From Vicugna vicugna (Eukaryota): DNA of 64,000 nt. Positions 13,858 through 26,769 of this stretch are shown one piece after another (position 1 is the stretch's first letter; each line of letters begins with the position of its first letter). The position numbers and the translations under genes are program-made. The notes below the pieces were generated by a model. It saw only the letters and a program-made list of their open reading frames with translations, searched no databases and was not told the origin of the DNA. Location of the stretch: positions 1,575,696-1,639,695 of the forward strand of contig MU058540.1 in NCBI GenBank assembly GCA_013265495.1, in the 5' to 3' direction.

Positions 13858-14230
13858 GTGTGACCAAAAACCCAAAATAACTGTGGGTTAAACAAGATAG
13901 AAGTCCAGAAGTAAGGAGTCCAGGGCAGTTTCTGGTGGTCAAGGACCCAGTCTCCTTCTGCCATCTCATCATTCAAGATGACTATTCGAGTTCAGGCTAT
14001 CAGCACAGGCCAGAAGAAAGGGGAGAAGAAGAGCACTTTAAAGACAGTTTTCAAAAGTTACACAGACAACTCTCACTCGTAGCCCATTGGCCAGAGCTTG
14101 GTCATGTGGCTGCACCTGGCCACAAAGATGAGAAATACAGTCTTTATTCTAGGTGGCTAGGAGCCAATCTAAAAAAATCCTGTGACCAAGGAAGGAGAGA
14201 GTGCATATTGGGGACAACTGATAAACAGTG
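13858..14230 (-). mobile_element. MLT1 (ERVL-MaLR, MLT1J/K-like) LTR fragment
   Basis: aaacccaaaataactgtgggttaaacaagatagaag and cccattggccagagcttggtcatgtggctgcacct are typical MLT1 motifs. Confidence 0.65.
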
Positions 14231-14519
14231 TCAAATGATATAGAAAGTGCTAGAAGGATAAAGAAAAGAAAAAGGATTAGGCAATCAGAAGGCCATGGTA
14301 AGTCCTAGATGGGGTGGTACTTCTGTGAGGCAAGTGGGAAGAGATGAAATTATCCCCAGATTTTGACATGATGTTGAGAATAGTTAAGGAAGTTTGATCT
14401 AAATCGTCTCAGGAAATTGGTGCTATTATCCGCCAGCAGTGTAGGTGCCGTGGGAAAGATGACAGTTTGAAAAGAGTGGAAGAGACAAGGAATTGATCTT
14501 ATGATGATGTCATGGTTTT

Positions 14520-14680
14520 CATTCTTGCTCTACCACTTCTTGGCTGGTGGCCTTGAGGAAGTCACTTAACCTATTGACACTCAATTTCTGCAGGTAAAGT
14601 AGGGATACAAATTCTTCCCTCATGGTTGTTGTGAATATAAAAAAAGAAAATGCTTAGCACAGTGTCTGGCACAGAATAAC
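14520..14680 (+). mobile_element. MIR SINE
   Basis: Core motif ccttgaggaagtcacttaacct...tcaatttc...ggttgttgtgaat...gcttagcacagtgtctggcaca. Confidence 0.7.
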
Positions 14681-15329
14681 TAGTACCTAACACTTTGTAG
14701 CTACTGGAAGACAGCTGAGTTAAAGAAACTGGTAGAGGACTCAGTCAGTTGTTTCTTGAGTATTCAGCAGGGCTCAACATTCCAGCAACTGGAGAAGAGA
14801 AAGCAAATGGTTGTGAATACCCAGTGTTGGAACTGGCAGAAGATCAAAGGAAACAGAGATGGCAAGTGTGCTGTTAAGTCAGGCACGGTTAAATATCATG
14901 GCTGGTTGGAAACTGATCCAGGCAGAGCTGGTATATTGAATAGAGAGGTCTGAGGGGCCAGAGGTCCAACAACAGGCAGTGAACAGACGCTTTAGGAAGT
15001 TTAAGGAAATGGGGGAGATGTTCAGGACCAAGTCAAGGTAGAATAGTCCTGAGTCCCAGAGCTGAGCTGTACCTGTGGTTGCTGCAGTGGGTAGAGATGG
15101 TTCCTGGCCTGAACACTATCCACCAGGCTCTTACACATCGCCCTGAACCAAGCTTGCCAGGACCTTTCCTGGCATTTGAGTTTTATTCTGCCAGATTTAC
15201 AGGCCCACTTAGAAGGAACTAGTCTCCTTTGTAGAGTCGGGAGAAAGGAAACCAGGCTCTGTATGCAGTGTTAGCATGAAGAGCCCTTTGGAAATGGTTG
15301 TAAATGAAAAATGATGATAATGTTGGCAG

Positions 15330-15530
15330 CTTCCATAACTGAATGCTTCTTACCAGCCAGCCACGTGCTGAGTTCATTTACACTGATTAGGTCATTGAAT
15401 ATCTCAAGTCAAATCTTCCGAGTAGAGGCTATTTTTATCCCTGTTTAATAGATGAGGAAGAAAAAGTTAGGTGTTAGAGCTGGCCCTTAAGCCCTAGCGT
15501 GGCTGAGTCCAAAGCCTGTTTAACCATGAG
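15330..15530 (-). mobile_element. MIR SINE
   Basis: Antisense MIR core: atccctgtttaatagatgaggaa...gagtccaaagcctg. Confidence 0.55.
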
Positions 15531-17059
15531 GTTAAATCATTTCACCCGAAGCCCTGCTGCTATTCATGTTTTAACGTCACAGAGCTGGAAGGGAACTTAG
15601 GCCGTCTAATCACAAATTCAAACCATACCAAATCTCAAAGCCCTAGAGAATGCATCCCAGCCATTCATTTTTTGAAAGAGAGTCAGAGAGGAAAAATCAC
15701 AGGGTTGAAACTACAACTTGGGCCTCTTGAATCCCAGTCCAACTCTTGTTCTCTTTCTCTGCTTGCCATGGATTGGAACGGACTCCATGTGTTTGTCTTA
15801 TCAGGTCATGAGCTCCAGCAAATGTCTGCGTAATCAAGTCAATGCCTTCTTTTCAAGGAAAGCATGATGACCCTCCAAAAACAGCCATGAACTTAGGAGT
15901 TCCCTGGACACACACGGTTTCTGATGCTCACCAGTGACTAGGGAACTGGAAGGTTCCAATCCTAAGGGAACAGAGAAAGCAGAGCAGGAAAACTGGAGTA
16001 CCCCAGCCTTCTCCTCAGAGTCTGAGGATTGATTTGACTTAGCAAGTCCTCACACGAACTGCATTTTTCAGCCCTGATTTGAATGGGCAGAGGTGACTGA
16101 AAATGTGTAAATGTTAAAATGTTATTATTCAAAAAAGCCCTTGAGATCCCTGTAGATCATCATAGTAGTTAAAATGCAGCATAGAAGACCCCTCGCTTCA
16201 GCAGCTCACAGGGTAAAAGGAAAATGAATACCCAGAATGAATAAAAATGGAAAGTTGAAGGGACTGGAAATTAGCATGCTGGTGTGGCCTACTTTTCAGT
16301 GGAGTAGGTGGGCTTGAGGAATGGGGAGAGGAAGCAAACGGCCCTCCCCACGTCCTGGCCCCTCTTTGCTTCTCTCGAAGGGAAGGGTGCTGAGGTCAGT
16401 GTGGGAGGAGGGTCCTAAAAGCTGGGTAGTTTCGAAAGTGGGAGCACAGTGACTCCTAATTCAATGAAGGCTTCAGGCCCGAGGGTTCTCTTCTGTGAGC
16501 CTGTGAGTCTGCAAGTCCCTAGGCACAGGGTTTGTGTCTCTGATATTTTCTAATGGTGTTTCAACTTCTCTTTAAACCTGTCAAGGCCTTACTTCTCCTT
16601 CAGTGCTCAGCTCAAAACCTACCTCCTCTGAGAAGCCTCCTGGTACAAAGTTATCATACTCTCTGCCCACTGTGCAGTTGGTTTATACTTCCCTTAAAGC
16701 ATCTATTAATCTTGGCCTTGAATTCTAGTCATTTCTTTATATGCTGATCTCTTCCAATAGCTGGTAAGCTCCTGGAGAAGCCTGAGTATCTTCATCTTGA
16801 TCTTCAGGTGACCCTGAGGAGAGACACTTTGCCTGCGCTTACTGATGGAATGGGTGGTTCTCACTTGAGCCTTCTCACTGTGTTACCTTCTGTCCCCTCC
16901 TTCTGCTGTCGAGAGTTGTAAGGATGGTGAAGGCAATGGATGTTGGTACTTGTCACACACATTGTCACTGGTGATCCTTGTGACAAACCTGTGGGGAACC
17001 GAGAAGTAGTTGGCCTCATCTGTGAGAGAATAAGAATCCTGTGTGGAGAATAACAGTTG

Positions 17060-17215
17060 TTAACATCCGTTTAGAGCTGGCACGTGCCAGGCATGGTTCT
17101 AAAAGCTTTACACGTACAATTTAATTTCACAGCAATCCTGTGAAATAAGTACTATTAAGATCCCAAAATTACAGAGAAGAATACCAAGCACAGAGAAGTT
17201 AAATAATTGCTCAAG
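17060..17215 (-). mobile_element. MIR SINE
   Basis: gtgccaggcatggttctaaaagctttaca...cacagcaatcctgtgaaataagtactatta...gcacagagaagttaaataattgctcaag. Confidence 0.7.
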
Positions 17216-19912
17216 AGCTGGCTTTTGGTCAGTACATTATATTGTTAACACCTTGTCCGTAAGCGACCTAACTTTATCCTGACTTCACAGAAGGAAGGAA
17301 CCATTGAGTAGATCTTTCCCCACTCATTGATTTGCCAGGAAGTCTAGCTTAGCTTTGGATATAGTTTTTTATGGGAAGGAGAACACCAGCTTATTGAGAT
17401 CCTGAGGGTCTTAGATCTGGATGAGCTTTTTAGACACCAAGGTGTCTTTCCTAGGGAATTGCCTGGGTAAGTGGTGTAATTGTAAGAATCTCTTTCCATG
17501 ATTTCTTATACTTTGGTGGGTTGTGGTTTCTCTGATGGGATTATGACCCTTAGAAATTCCTACTCTTCACATATTTCCTTCTTCCATGAGTTTCCATTCC
17601 TTCTTTCTGCCCACTTCCTTCCTCCAGCATCTGTCTTGTATTGAGCACTTGGCATCTGTCTTTCTTTCTTCATTGATGGCTGGCATGAATGCATGGCTGG
17701 TAGACAGGGCCTTCATTGTTGGCTCCCACAGTAGCAGTCAGGGCACTCCCTGTGGCCTGGGTTCTGAGGTCCACCCAGGCAGTGTGAGCCATTCTGGCTC
17801 CCAGTTCTGGACTGTGGTGGTGTTCTTTTGTTGTTGGACTCTCATCTCAAAAAAAAAAAAAAAAAAGATAAATAAGGAGCTAGAAGCTTTTGCAAAGGAA
17901 TAGAAGCCTGTGCTTCTGTTACCAAAGTCCTCTTTTGTATTTACGTGCAATCAGAGGGACATTGTGCCAGAATCTGTAGGAAGTTGGTCATTAGAATATA
18001 GTTCTAGAGGTGGTAAATTTTGCACCCTGGTTGTCTCTCCCCATCAGCCTCTCCTAAGAAGTCCTGTTGGCCTGAACCATCATTAGATGGTCATGTTTCT
18101 ACCCCTCTGTGGCCCCACTGTGCAGCACCCCAGGGCAGCTTTGTTCAGGCTGTCAGTCGTCTTACATGGTATTCAGAGCCCTGAAGTCAGGGCTTCCTGG
18201 GGTCTGAGTCAAGCCGTATGGAACTCTTGTGTACACAGCACTGCTTCTTCCCTAGAGACATGACTCGAGTGGGTCAGCGCTTGTTCAATGCGCTGGGATT
18301 GACCTTTGGGATATAGGGTTTGTGAGTATGGGGTGTGAAAGTCCTGAAGCAGTCAAGTGTAGAGGAAGGAGATGCCAAAGTTCATACTTCTGGGTTCCTG
18401 TGGATAAGTAATCAGAGCCACAGAGTGGAGCTAATTGGCTGCCCCCTTGCAGCCGCTGCAGACCTGCCAAAAGCTGAGCAGGCTGTGGAGGCTGAACCAC
18501 TCTTCTTTAGCGGGTGGGGGTGCATGGAACCGTGTCCCTGCTCAGATCTCAGGGAGACGGGCTTATTTGGAGAGCTGGTTGAGAGGGTCCTTCCTTAAAC
18601 TCTGTTTTGGAAGAACCAGTGCTGTGGGACACGGGCATCACGCGTGGGCAGGGAAGCCTCATATTTTGAAGTGCACCCCTCCTCGCCTGACTGCCCTGTT
18701 CAGGTGCAGAACTGAGCTTCAGGAAGGATCCCTGAGGCTGCAGGCCAGCTTGTGAAGGGGAGAGGATGCTGTGCAGGCAGTCATGGGAGAGGCACCCCAG
18801 CAGGGCTCTGCAGACCCCCAAGGGGGGCAAGTGTGCCACTGCAGTATGGTTGAGGCTTGGATCTCACCACTGTCCTGTCATAAAGGGGATTTTTAAGGAC
18901 TATGCAGTCCAGTCTACTTATTTTAGATACTGAAGCCCAGTAAGACAAGCTCACTGCCAAGGCCACACAGAGAAAGAACAGCACAACCAGGACCAGAGCC
19001 AGGTGTTCAGACGCCTAGGTTAAACCTTCTCCCCCACCACTTTGGACAAACCACTAAAGGCCTGAGAGCCTTAGATTTCTCATCTGTAAAAATAGTTGAA
19101 CTTGACCGTTTCTGTTCCAAGATTCTCTGATCTCATGAACAGTTTTGGGAGCTTCAGGCAGACTAGGGAGTCATTTGGTGTATATACCATAGGTTCCACT
19201 TATGGAGAAAATAAAGTTGAATATTAGCTGTGGAATATGAGCTAATGCTGGACCCAGGGTGATTATCTACCCTTCTGAGGCAGGTTAAAATCTCTGATGG
19301 GTCTGAGTTCATGCAGGGAGAGCCCTTTGGGTGTCCCAGTGTGCTACTGAAGTTGGACTCTGATTTGGTCAATTATTTATGCTACTTCAGGGCAGAGGTA
19401 TTTGATAGCTTGGGTGAGTATACAGTAGTAGTTGGCCTCACGAGCTAGGAGTGTCAGATTTCTGGGATGTTAGGGCGGTCTTGAGAGAACTGCAGATGTC
19501 TCTTGGCATTGACAAATCAGACCATTTTGATTTCAGTGGATCAACTAAGGTTAAACTTAAAACAAATAGGAGCAGCTGGGAGGCTTTGGAAGGAGTGAGA
19601 TGTGCACATTTTCAGGGAAAAAAATGTCAGGGCTCCCTGAGGAAGGAAGGATGAGGCGTGGAGCTCGGAATTGCGCCCCCTCTGAGGAAGGAAGCAGTTA
19701 TTTCTCTGCTGTTTTGTTTTGCACTTTCAGTTAAGGAATTCCAGCAGTTGCAGGTTGAGGATCATGACTTCCATTTTTTTTTTTTCTTCCTCTGTTGCTG
19801 CTTGCCAGAGGGAGGGCCGGCGGGTAGCTCTAAATAACACTTTGGCCTTTATGGAAATGTATCAGATGTTCCAGGAGTGAGTCTCGCTTGCTCGTGCTTG
19901 CTCGCTGGCACG

Positions 19913-19933
19913 CTCTCTCTCTCTCTCTCTCTC
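19913..19933. repeat. (CT)n microsatellite
   Basis: Direct read of a ctctctctctctctctctctc run. Confidence 0.9.
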
Positions 19934-20333
19934 ACTTTTACTCCGTGTTCACTCACTCTCTCCTCACTTGTGTCCTTTCTGGAGGATGTAGTTAGCACCT
20001 CTTCTTGCCTTATATAGCAAGGTCTGGTAGTTAATGTTAACAGAAATCTAACAACAAGGAAAGCTGCCAGATAGCATTAATCAGGCCCGTGTTTGGAATT
20101 TCATAAATGCTCTGACTTTGGGTACAAATTGAACATTAAGAACAATACGAAACTGTTTTCTTCCTTCCTGTCTCCTCTTCTCTGCCTTTGCCCTCTCCCC
20201 AGCCCATCCAGCTTCTCTCTCTTTCCCTCTGCTTTTGAATTTCTCTGCCCGGCCAGAGGCTCACTGCACTGGAACTTTGTTGATTTTTGCCACGTTTAAT
20301 TTTTTATTTCTCTGTCTCTCCGTCCACTCCAAG

Positions 20334-20926
20334 ACCACAGGCGGAGCAGCGGCAGCCGGAGCCAGGACTCTGCGGAGGGGCAGGACGGGCAGGTCCCGGA
20401 GCAGTTCTCAGGTCTCCTCCACGGCTCCTCCCCGGTGTGTGAGGTGGGGCAGGACCCTTTCCAGCTGCTCTCAGCTCCTGGCCAGAGCCATCCAGAAGGA
20501 TCCCCTGCTCAGGGTGCCTGCCCCGAGGCCAGCATGCAGCTGGAGGAGACGGGTGTGCACGCCTCTGGAGCCTCCCCGCCCAGTGCACTGGAACAGAGTA
20601 AGAGAGTGGGCTACCCAGCGGGCCTGCCCACCACCCACAGCCAAACGCACCCCGAAACTTTGACGCACACGGCATCTCCACACCCTGGTGGTGCCGAGGA
20701 AGAAGGAGACCGGAGCGGGGCCAGAAGCCGAGCCCCTCCCACCAGCAAACCCAAAGCTGAGCTCAAACTCAGCCGAAGCTTGTCCAAGTCTGACTCTGAT
20801 CTCCTGACCTGCTCCCCTACGGAGCAGGACGCTACAATGGGGAGCCGCAGTGAGTCCTTGTCCAACTGCAGCATCGGGAAGAAGAGGCTGGAGAAGTCAC
20901 CTTCCTTTGCCTCGGAGTGGGATGAG
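20334..20926 (+). CDS. ANKS1A: ANKS1A large linker exon, 593 nt, phase 1/0: (D)[16 protein letters not shown]...[14 protein letters not shown]...[11 protein letters not shown]
   Basis: ORF-track entry 20435..21001 covers most of it. Acceptor ctccaAG at 20332-20333 and donor GAG|GTAAGG at 20927. [12 protein letters not shown] and [11 protein letters not shown] are characteristic ANKS1A motifs. Confidence 0.97.
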
Positions 20927-22179
20927 GTAAGGCGTGTGACGTCACGGAGAGCCCACCACAGGTCTCCTGTGTGTGTGCCAACTCCCAGGACCAGAATGTG
21001 AGCTGGGGTCTCCCCCGTTCCTTTGCACTGCGACCAGGGTATTTCTGACAGCCCCAGGGAGCCAGGGCAGGGAGTCTGCTGCCTGTATGGCAGAGGACAG
21101 GTCCATTCACGGTTAATCTGGAGGGTGGAGGCCCCAGCAGAGCAGGACTGAGGGAGAGGCAGTTCCTAGAAATGACATGCTGTTTGGAAATATTTGGATC
21201 TCCTCAGCCCCACTGAGGGAGTCAGGCTCACCCAAAGAGGCTTCAGAAGAACTAGAGTGCTTCCTGTGAGTCTTCAGGAGGAAGTGGGGAGAGAGGGGCA
21301 TGGGGGGACCTGTGGGAGAACCTGCTGAAAGGAATCAGAAGGGGGTTTTCTGTTCCCCGTTGCTCTGTAATTGTTCTTACTGTGTCCCCTAGAAGAACAA
21401 ATGCTCTCTCGGCATAAGCATCCTGCCCATCCCACATTCCCGGGTTAACAAGGCAGAGGGCTAGGTGGTTCAGGAAACAAAGATTAGTGGGGAGAAAACA
21501 TTTGGCCCAGGTTCCTTTCATAACCATTGTTATAGAATAGTTAGAAATATGTGCCTAAATATTTTTCAGTGACCTGTGACATGTCTTACTGGGCAGAAGA
21601 ATGTGTTTCTCAAAGATGGGTAAACACCCAGGGAATGTTAAAGTGCTACCCCTGCAGGCTTCTTACCAGGAGGAAGCTGACTTTGAAGTGTACTGGATCT
21701 GTCTCCCCGGAACATTTTCAAGAGATGAATTTAGCTCTCGAAGAGGAGGGGAGCACGGCAGCTGCCATGTCCATTTGAACATTCTGTAGACTAAATGCCC
21801 TACCCAGCCCATTCGGGGTGCAGCTGCAAAGTTATGTAAACCGAAGCTAATCCCATTCCCAGTGTGGGAAGAGGGCCGGGCATTTCCTCCAGCACTCATC
21901 CTCAGATAAGAGGAACTTCAGGACTCTGTTGAGTCAGGACCAGGAAATCCTGTGCAATGGAAGGTTTTCACTGTCTAGTAAACCAGGATTTGGTGAGCCT
22001 GTACCAGATGCCAGGCCACTTAGGGGACAGCAGTTTGCGTTCGAGAGTCCTGGACCCCAGGAGATTACACACATCGCAGTATGTGTTTGTAGGAATGTGT
22101 GCTCTACCTTTATTTTTCAAAACAGAGTTTTACTAATTTACAGTCAAGTATAGGATAAGGCAGCTTAAGAATAAGATAA

Positions 22180-22560
22180 ATGCAGTATTCTCTGAAATGG
22201 CAGGAGAGGTCAGAGGAGAAGAAGGTCAGTGGGAGTGAGATGGGCAGAGAGGTCTAAGAGGGTAGAAGTGGGTTTCAGGAAGGATCGCAGAAGTAGAATT
22301 GGACGTGGAATGGAAGGACCAAATGTCTTAGTTAGAACCAGATTGTCACTAGAGGGGTGAAGAAAGGGCCTTGAGGTGGAGGGAACAGCATGAGCACAGG
22401 TGTGGAGCTGGAAGGCTTAGGTCATGGGCTCCAGTAGAGTGTGAGTTTGCATGAAGAATGAGAAATAAGGGTGTAGAAAGTGAGATTGGGACCAGACAGT
22501 GAGAGGACCTTGAACATGAGGCCAAGAAGTGAGTATTTGATTTGATAACAAGGCAGTGTC
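22180..22560 (-). mobile_element. L2 fragment
   Basis: gagggaacagcatgagcacaggtgtggag...gggaccagacagtgagaggaccttgaacatgaggccaagaag matches antisense L2. Confidence 0.55.
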
Positions 22561-25500
22561 TCAGAATCTTCAGAAAATGGGCTGGAAGACAGCTTTACCA
22601 GTCAGATGAAGTACCTCGTTATGGCTCCGTCTCCTGTGTGTATCCCCCACCCTGAGGAGTCAGTTGTGCCGGGCGATTCTTCACAGGATATCTGTGCCCT
22701 GTTAGCATGTAGCGTTGCCAGGCAGTGTTGTGGGCTCCATCACTTCCTCCTGGAAAAGAAGCATGAAATCTCTGAGGCACAGCCCGGCTTAACTGAAGTT
22801 TGCTCTTTGGGCTAATACATCAGTGGTCTCTTGGCATCTTAATGAGAGGAGGTTCATATGCTGATATTTCCTTTGCAGTAGAGATTGCAGGTGGATACAG
22901 TGAACCCAGGAACTGTTCGAGGTTTGCATGTCCTCGGCAGGCTCTAGTATGGCTTTAAGGTTACATTTTAAATTTGAAAGAAGTAAAGGCAACTGAGGTC
23001 TTACTGGAAAGAATTCAAAAGATCGAGCTTTGCTTGCATAGTAAACATTAACAGGGTCCTTTGTGTGTAACCCTTCAACATTATTTTTGAGTCATATTAC
23101 ACTTGGTTTTTGTGGATATCTCTATCTAAAGAGAAACTTCAGAAGTGTTTCGCCCATTGGTGGGCCCTAAACACGGGGCATTGGCTGACTTCCCTAGAAC
23201 CAGCCATTAGCTGATGGCTGCTCCCCACCCTACCTGACCCTACCCTGAAGGCAGCTTTGCCTGTATCTTGTGCTTGTCATCATTAGATCCCCAGGAGGTG
23301 GGGAAGGCTGCTCTGGGCCCAGCTCAGTTCTTCACCATGGGCCTAGGAGAAAGAGGAAGGCTCTAGCGGCCTGGGCAGCTGTGATCTCAGCACAGATGGA
23401 GTTGGTGAGAGTTGGCCAGGCTGCCCCTGGAAGGCAGGGCAGGGTAGTTCACGGGGCTTGGGCCAGAGTCAGCAGATCCGGCTTTGAGCCCCAGCTCCAT
23501 CGACTCCATCTTCATGCGTGAGTGGCTCTAGGAAGCCTCAGTGTTGTTAACCTTATTTGTGAAACAGAGGCGGTCAAATCTGTGTTTTCGAGGTGTTTTT
23601 ACCACTTAGATATATGTCTCAGTGCTGAGCACAGTTCCTAGTATGCGTAAAGTATTGAGTGAATGGTAGATACTAATATTATTGTGCCTGGAGCTTTGGA
23701 GAATGGGAACTGAGGCCTGGAGTGTCTTCAGAACTTTAAAAAGGCAGAGCTTTGGGGGTGGTCCAGGGGTGGCAGAGCAGCTGGGAGGCAGTCCAGTTCA
23801 AGCCCTTCAGCCTGTAACCTCCTGTAGGACTCTGCCCCACCCAAGACGGAAGAGCCCGCCCAGCCTGGGAAAGTAGGGCAGCCCCCACCCCCACCCCATT
23901 GTTCTTGAGAAATTAATGAGGCTTTCTGCCTGGTTCCCTGAGAGAACAGAGCTTAGAGAGCAATCTGTAGCCCTCTCTACTGTTTATTGTTCCAGTGTAT
24001 TCTCCATCATGGCCAGCGGCGGCAACTTGATTGGCTGGGTGTTTGGGATAAAGGGGCATATAGCTGGGGGAACGGGCACCGCTGACAGAGCAGGAGTCAC
24101 TTTCTCCAAACACAGCCTGCTCCTCGCAGGTGGTTAGTGTGGCCCTTGTGAGTCTCCTGGACAAGCTGGCTTCTGAACACATCAGCCTGGTTAAGGAGAA
24201 TCCCTGACAGTATCCATTAGTGACATTTGTATTCTCCCTATTTTCTGTTATATATTTGGTAACAAAGAAGTAAAACCGAGTTTACTTTTAAAAGCACTCA
24301 GCCTAAGAGCAGATCTAAATCCAAGCTTCAGCAGAAACTTTCTGTGTTCTCCAGTCAAGTCAGCCAGTTTGTTATCTTAATGATCCCTTGAGGGCATAAT
24401 CCAAGTTAAACTGAGAAGCTGTCCATAAATAAAACCTTAAAGTATACAGGTAAGTGGGAAAATCACCTACATCTCTCTGCATAGTTAACCTCTGTTAACA
24501 TTAGATGTATATCCAAATGTGGGGTATTAGTATATTTACTGATTTATAGTTTGCTTTTCTTACCTAACTGCTGTGCGTTGTGAATATCTTACCATGGCAG
24601 TGTCAGTAAGGTCTGGATTCAGATCTTCATTCTAAAAGGCATCATTTTCAATTCTCTGGTTGTATCATAAGGTCAATTAGTTTGTTGTTCTTTAAACTGC
24701 TCTCCATCATTAGACACTGTGCAGGCCATTTTCCATCTGCCCTTCAGTGCGTTCCCTACACTCTCAGAAGCTGACCCATGTGGAGCCAAGGAAATCTTGG
24801 ATTGGCTGTGTCCCTCCACGGAAGCCCACCAGTCCTGTGAGGGACCCTTTCCTATAGCTGCTCTCTCTGCCTTCCAGTTACCAGTCCCTCCCCTTGGCTT
24901 TCCCAGCCTGGGGCTCCAGGCTGTGACCAGCTCCCATCCCTACTCAACCCTGTGTAAATAATCCCTTTATTAATCTCCTTCAGTTCCCCAGTTCCAATGT
25001 GCCATCTTTTCCCTGCAGGGACCCTAAGTGATACAAACATTTCTAGTGCTGTTTCTGTCAACTCTGAACAACCATAGATGGCTCTGTGCTGGAGCAGTAA
25101 ACATGGCTCTTGCATATAAATTGTAAATTAATCTTCATTTGCAGATGAACCAGCAGGCATGGATATTCAGGGTGCTGGGATGCAAGAGAAATTCATCACT
25201 TAACTTGAAGCCTTTCCCACTTTCAGCTATAGGGAAGAAACCTGTTCTTCCACCCAGTTGGCAGTGTCGTCAGCATTTCAGTTGTGTGCTCCTAGTCTGT
25301 TGTCCTCCTCTGTCCCTGCACTGTACACACCCACAGGTACACACCCACAACACAGCAACAGCAATTCATGTCTGAAACAAATGCTTCTCACAAGAAGAAC
25401 AAAAATAACCTCCTGGGCAGATTGTGGTGTAAATATATAAAAGGTCTGTGGGGTCAAATAGGTCTCTCACATATCTGCCTTTGAATGGGATTGAAGTTTA

Positions 25501-25764
25501 GGAAAGAGAAAACCACAGAAGGCTTGTCTACTTAGTATAAACATTTGAGTCATTTAAAATTTGGCTAAAGGCTTAAGTGATAAATTCCTGCTTTATAATC
25601 AGCTTTCATAAATATTAAACTAGTGAGAAATGGGTGAAGAGCAGGGACATGCTTTGTATGCATTTTGTATAAGCTGAGAATAATTTCTGGTCAAGGATTT
25701 GGGGGTTGGTCCTGGTATCATCTGAAATGGTAGCCGAGGGGACCCTTGGCCCTTGAATCCCTCC

Positions 25765-26624
25765 ATGAGAAGTGAAGTGGCAGCAGCAGGGAGGGCACTC
25801 TTCCAGACCAGGTCCCAGAGGCCTCGCCCTTTCCAGCAAGCTGTCCAGTTGGAGGCATGATGTCATCAGGAGAAATGCTGATTGGTTCAGCTCCGCGGAG
25901 GCTTTGGTTGCTATTAACTCTTGAGGGTTGGGTGTGCAAGAATGACTGAGACGTAAAACAGAAAGATTAGGGCTTGAGTTTCTGCTAAACTTTCCATGCT
26001 AAACTTTCCACACTCTGCAGTGTGGATTGTTCCTTATTATGTGAACAAGCATGCTGTGTAGTCCTTTTTGCTGATCCTAGCCCTCCCACTCTAACCAAGA
26101 ATGTGATACTCCTACCTCTGGGGACAAATTGGAGCCTAGATTGCCAATTTGAGATGCTTCTGGGTGTATACAGGAGTCACAACCTTTATGCTAGAACCTC
26201 TAAATTTCCCTTGGTTTTAAGTGGCTTGGTAAGATTGAGGGTATTTTTTTGTTTTCTAGTTTTCTTCGTATTTTAAAAATAATCTCCCTTATTTTATAGG
26301 CAGGCCTGAATAAACAGTTTTCGCCTTGTTATCTGGTAAGTCAGGCGATTTTTGTTAGCCTAGATTTTAAAAAAGGGGGGCATTTCCGTGGCCTTGATGC
26401 TAACAGAAGAAACATGATGGTGTTGTGGATAAGCTGGAGTCCTGGCTCTGCAGTTAGCTCTGAGAGAAGATGGGTGTGTTCAACCCTGACCCATCCCCAC
26501 CAAGCCGCCCTCCACAGTCTCTTGGTGACCTCAGACCTCTCACTGGCCAGCTTACTGGAAGGGCAAGGCAGCTCGGACCTGGCCTGGAAGGGTGCCCTCC
26601 CTGCTGCTGCCTTTCACGTTTCAT
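25765..26624. repeat. Inverted repeat pair: arms 25765-25873 and 26518-26624, ~80% identity by manual alignment
   Basis: The reverse complement of arm 1 (...ggacctggtctggaagagtgccctccctgctgctgcc...) aligns with arm 2 (...ggacctggcctggaagggtgccctccctgctgctgcc...). It also shows up as near-identical peptides GPGLE(E/G)CPPCCC in opposite-strand ORFs. Confidence 0.88.
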
Positions 26625-26735
26625 CCTGAGCATCTGGGACCCTGATTTTTATTTCTTTCCTCATTTTCATACTTTTCTCTGCTTATCCAGAGTTCCTCAT
26701 TGGTACTTTCCCTGTCTTTGTACTCATCCTGCTTC

Positions 26736-26769
<34 letters not shown>

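Noticed and set aside
19731..19753. Microexon after gcactttcAG
   Set aside because: At 23 nt it would shift the frame between the phase-1 flanking exons, and the GTTGAG donor is weak.
19846..19854. CArG (SRF) box
   Set aside because: CCTTTATGG has only five A/T bases between CC and GG, so it is not a consensus CC(A/T)6GG.
20927..21001. C-terminal tail of ORF 20435..21001 (VRRVTSRR...)
   Set aside because: Read-through past the GTAAGG donor into the intron. The protein continues at 56149.
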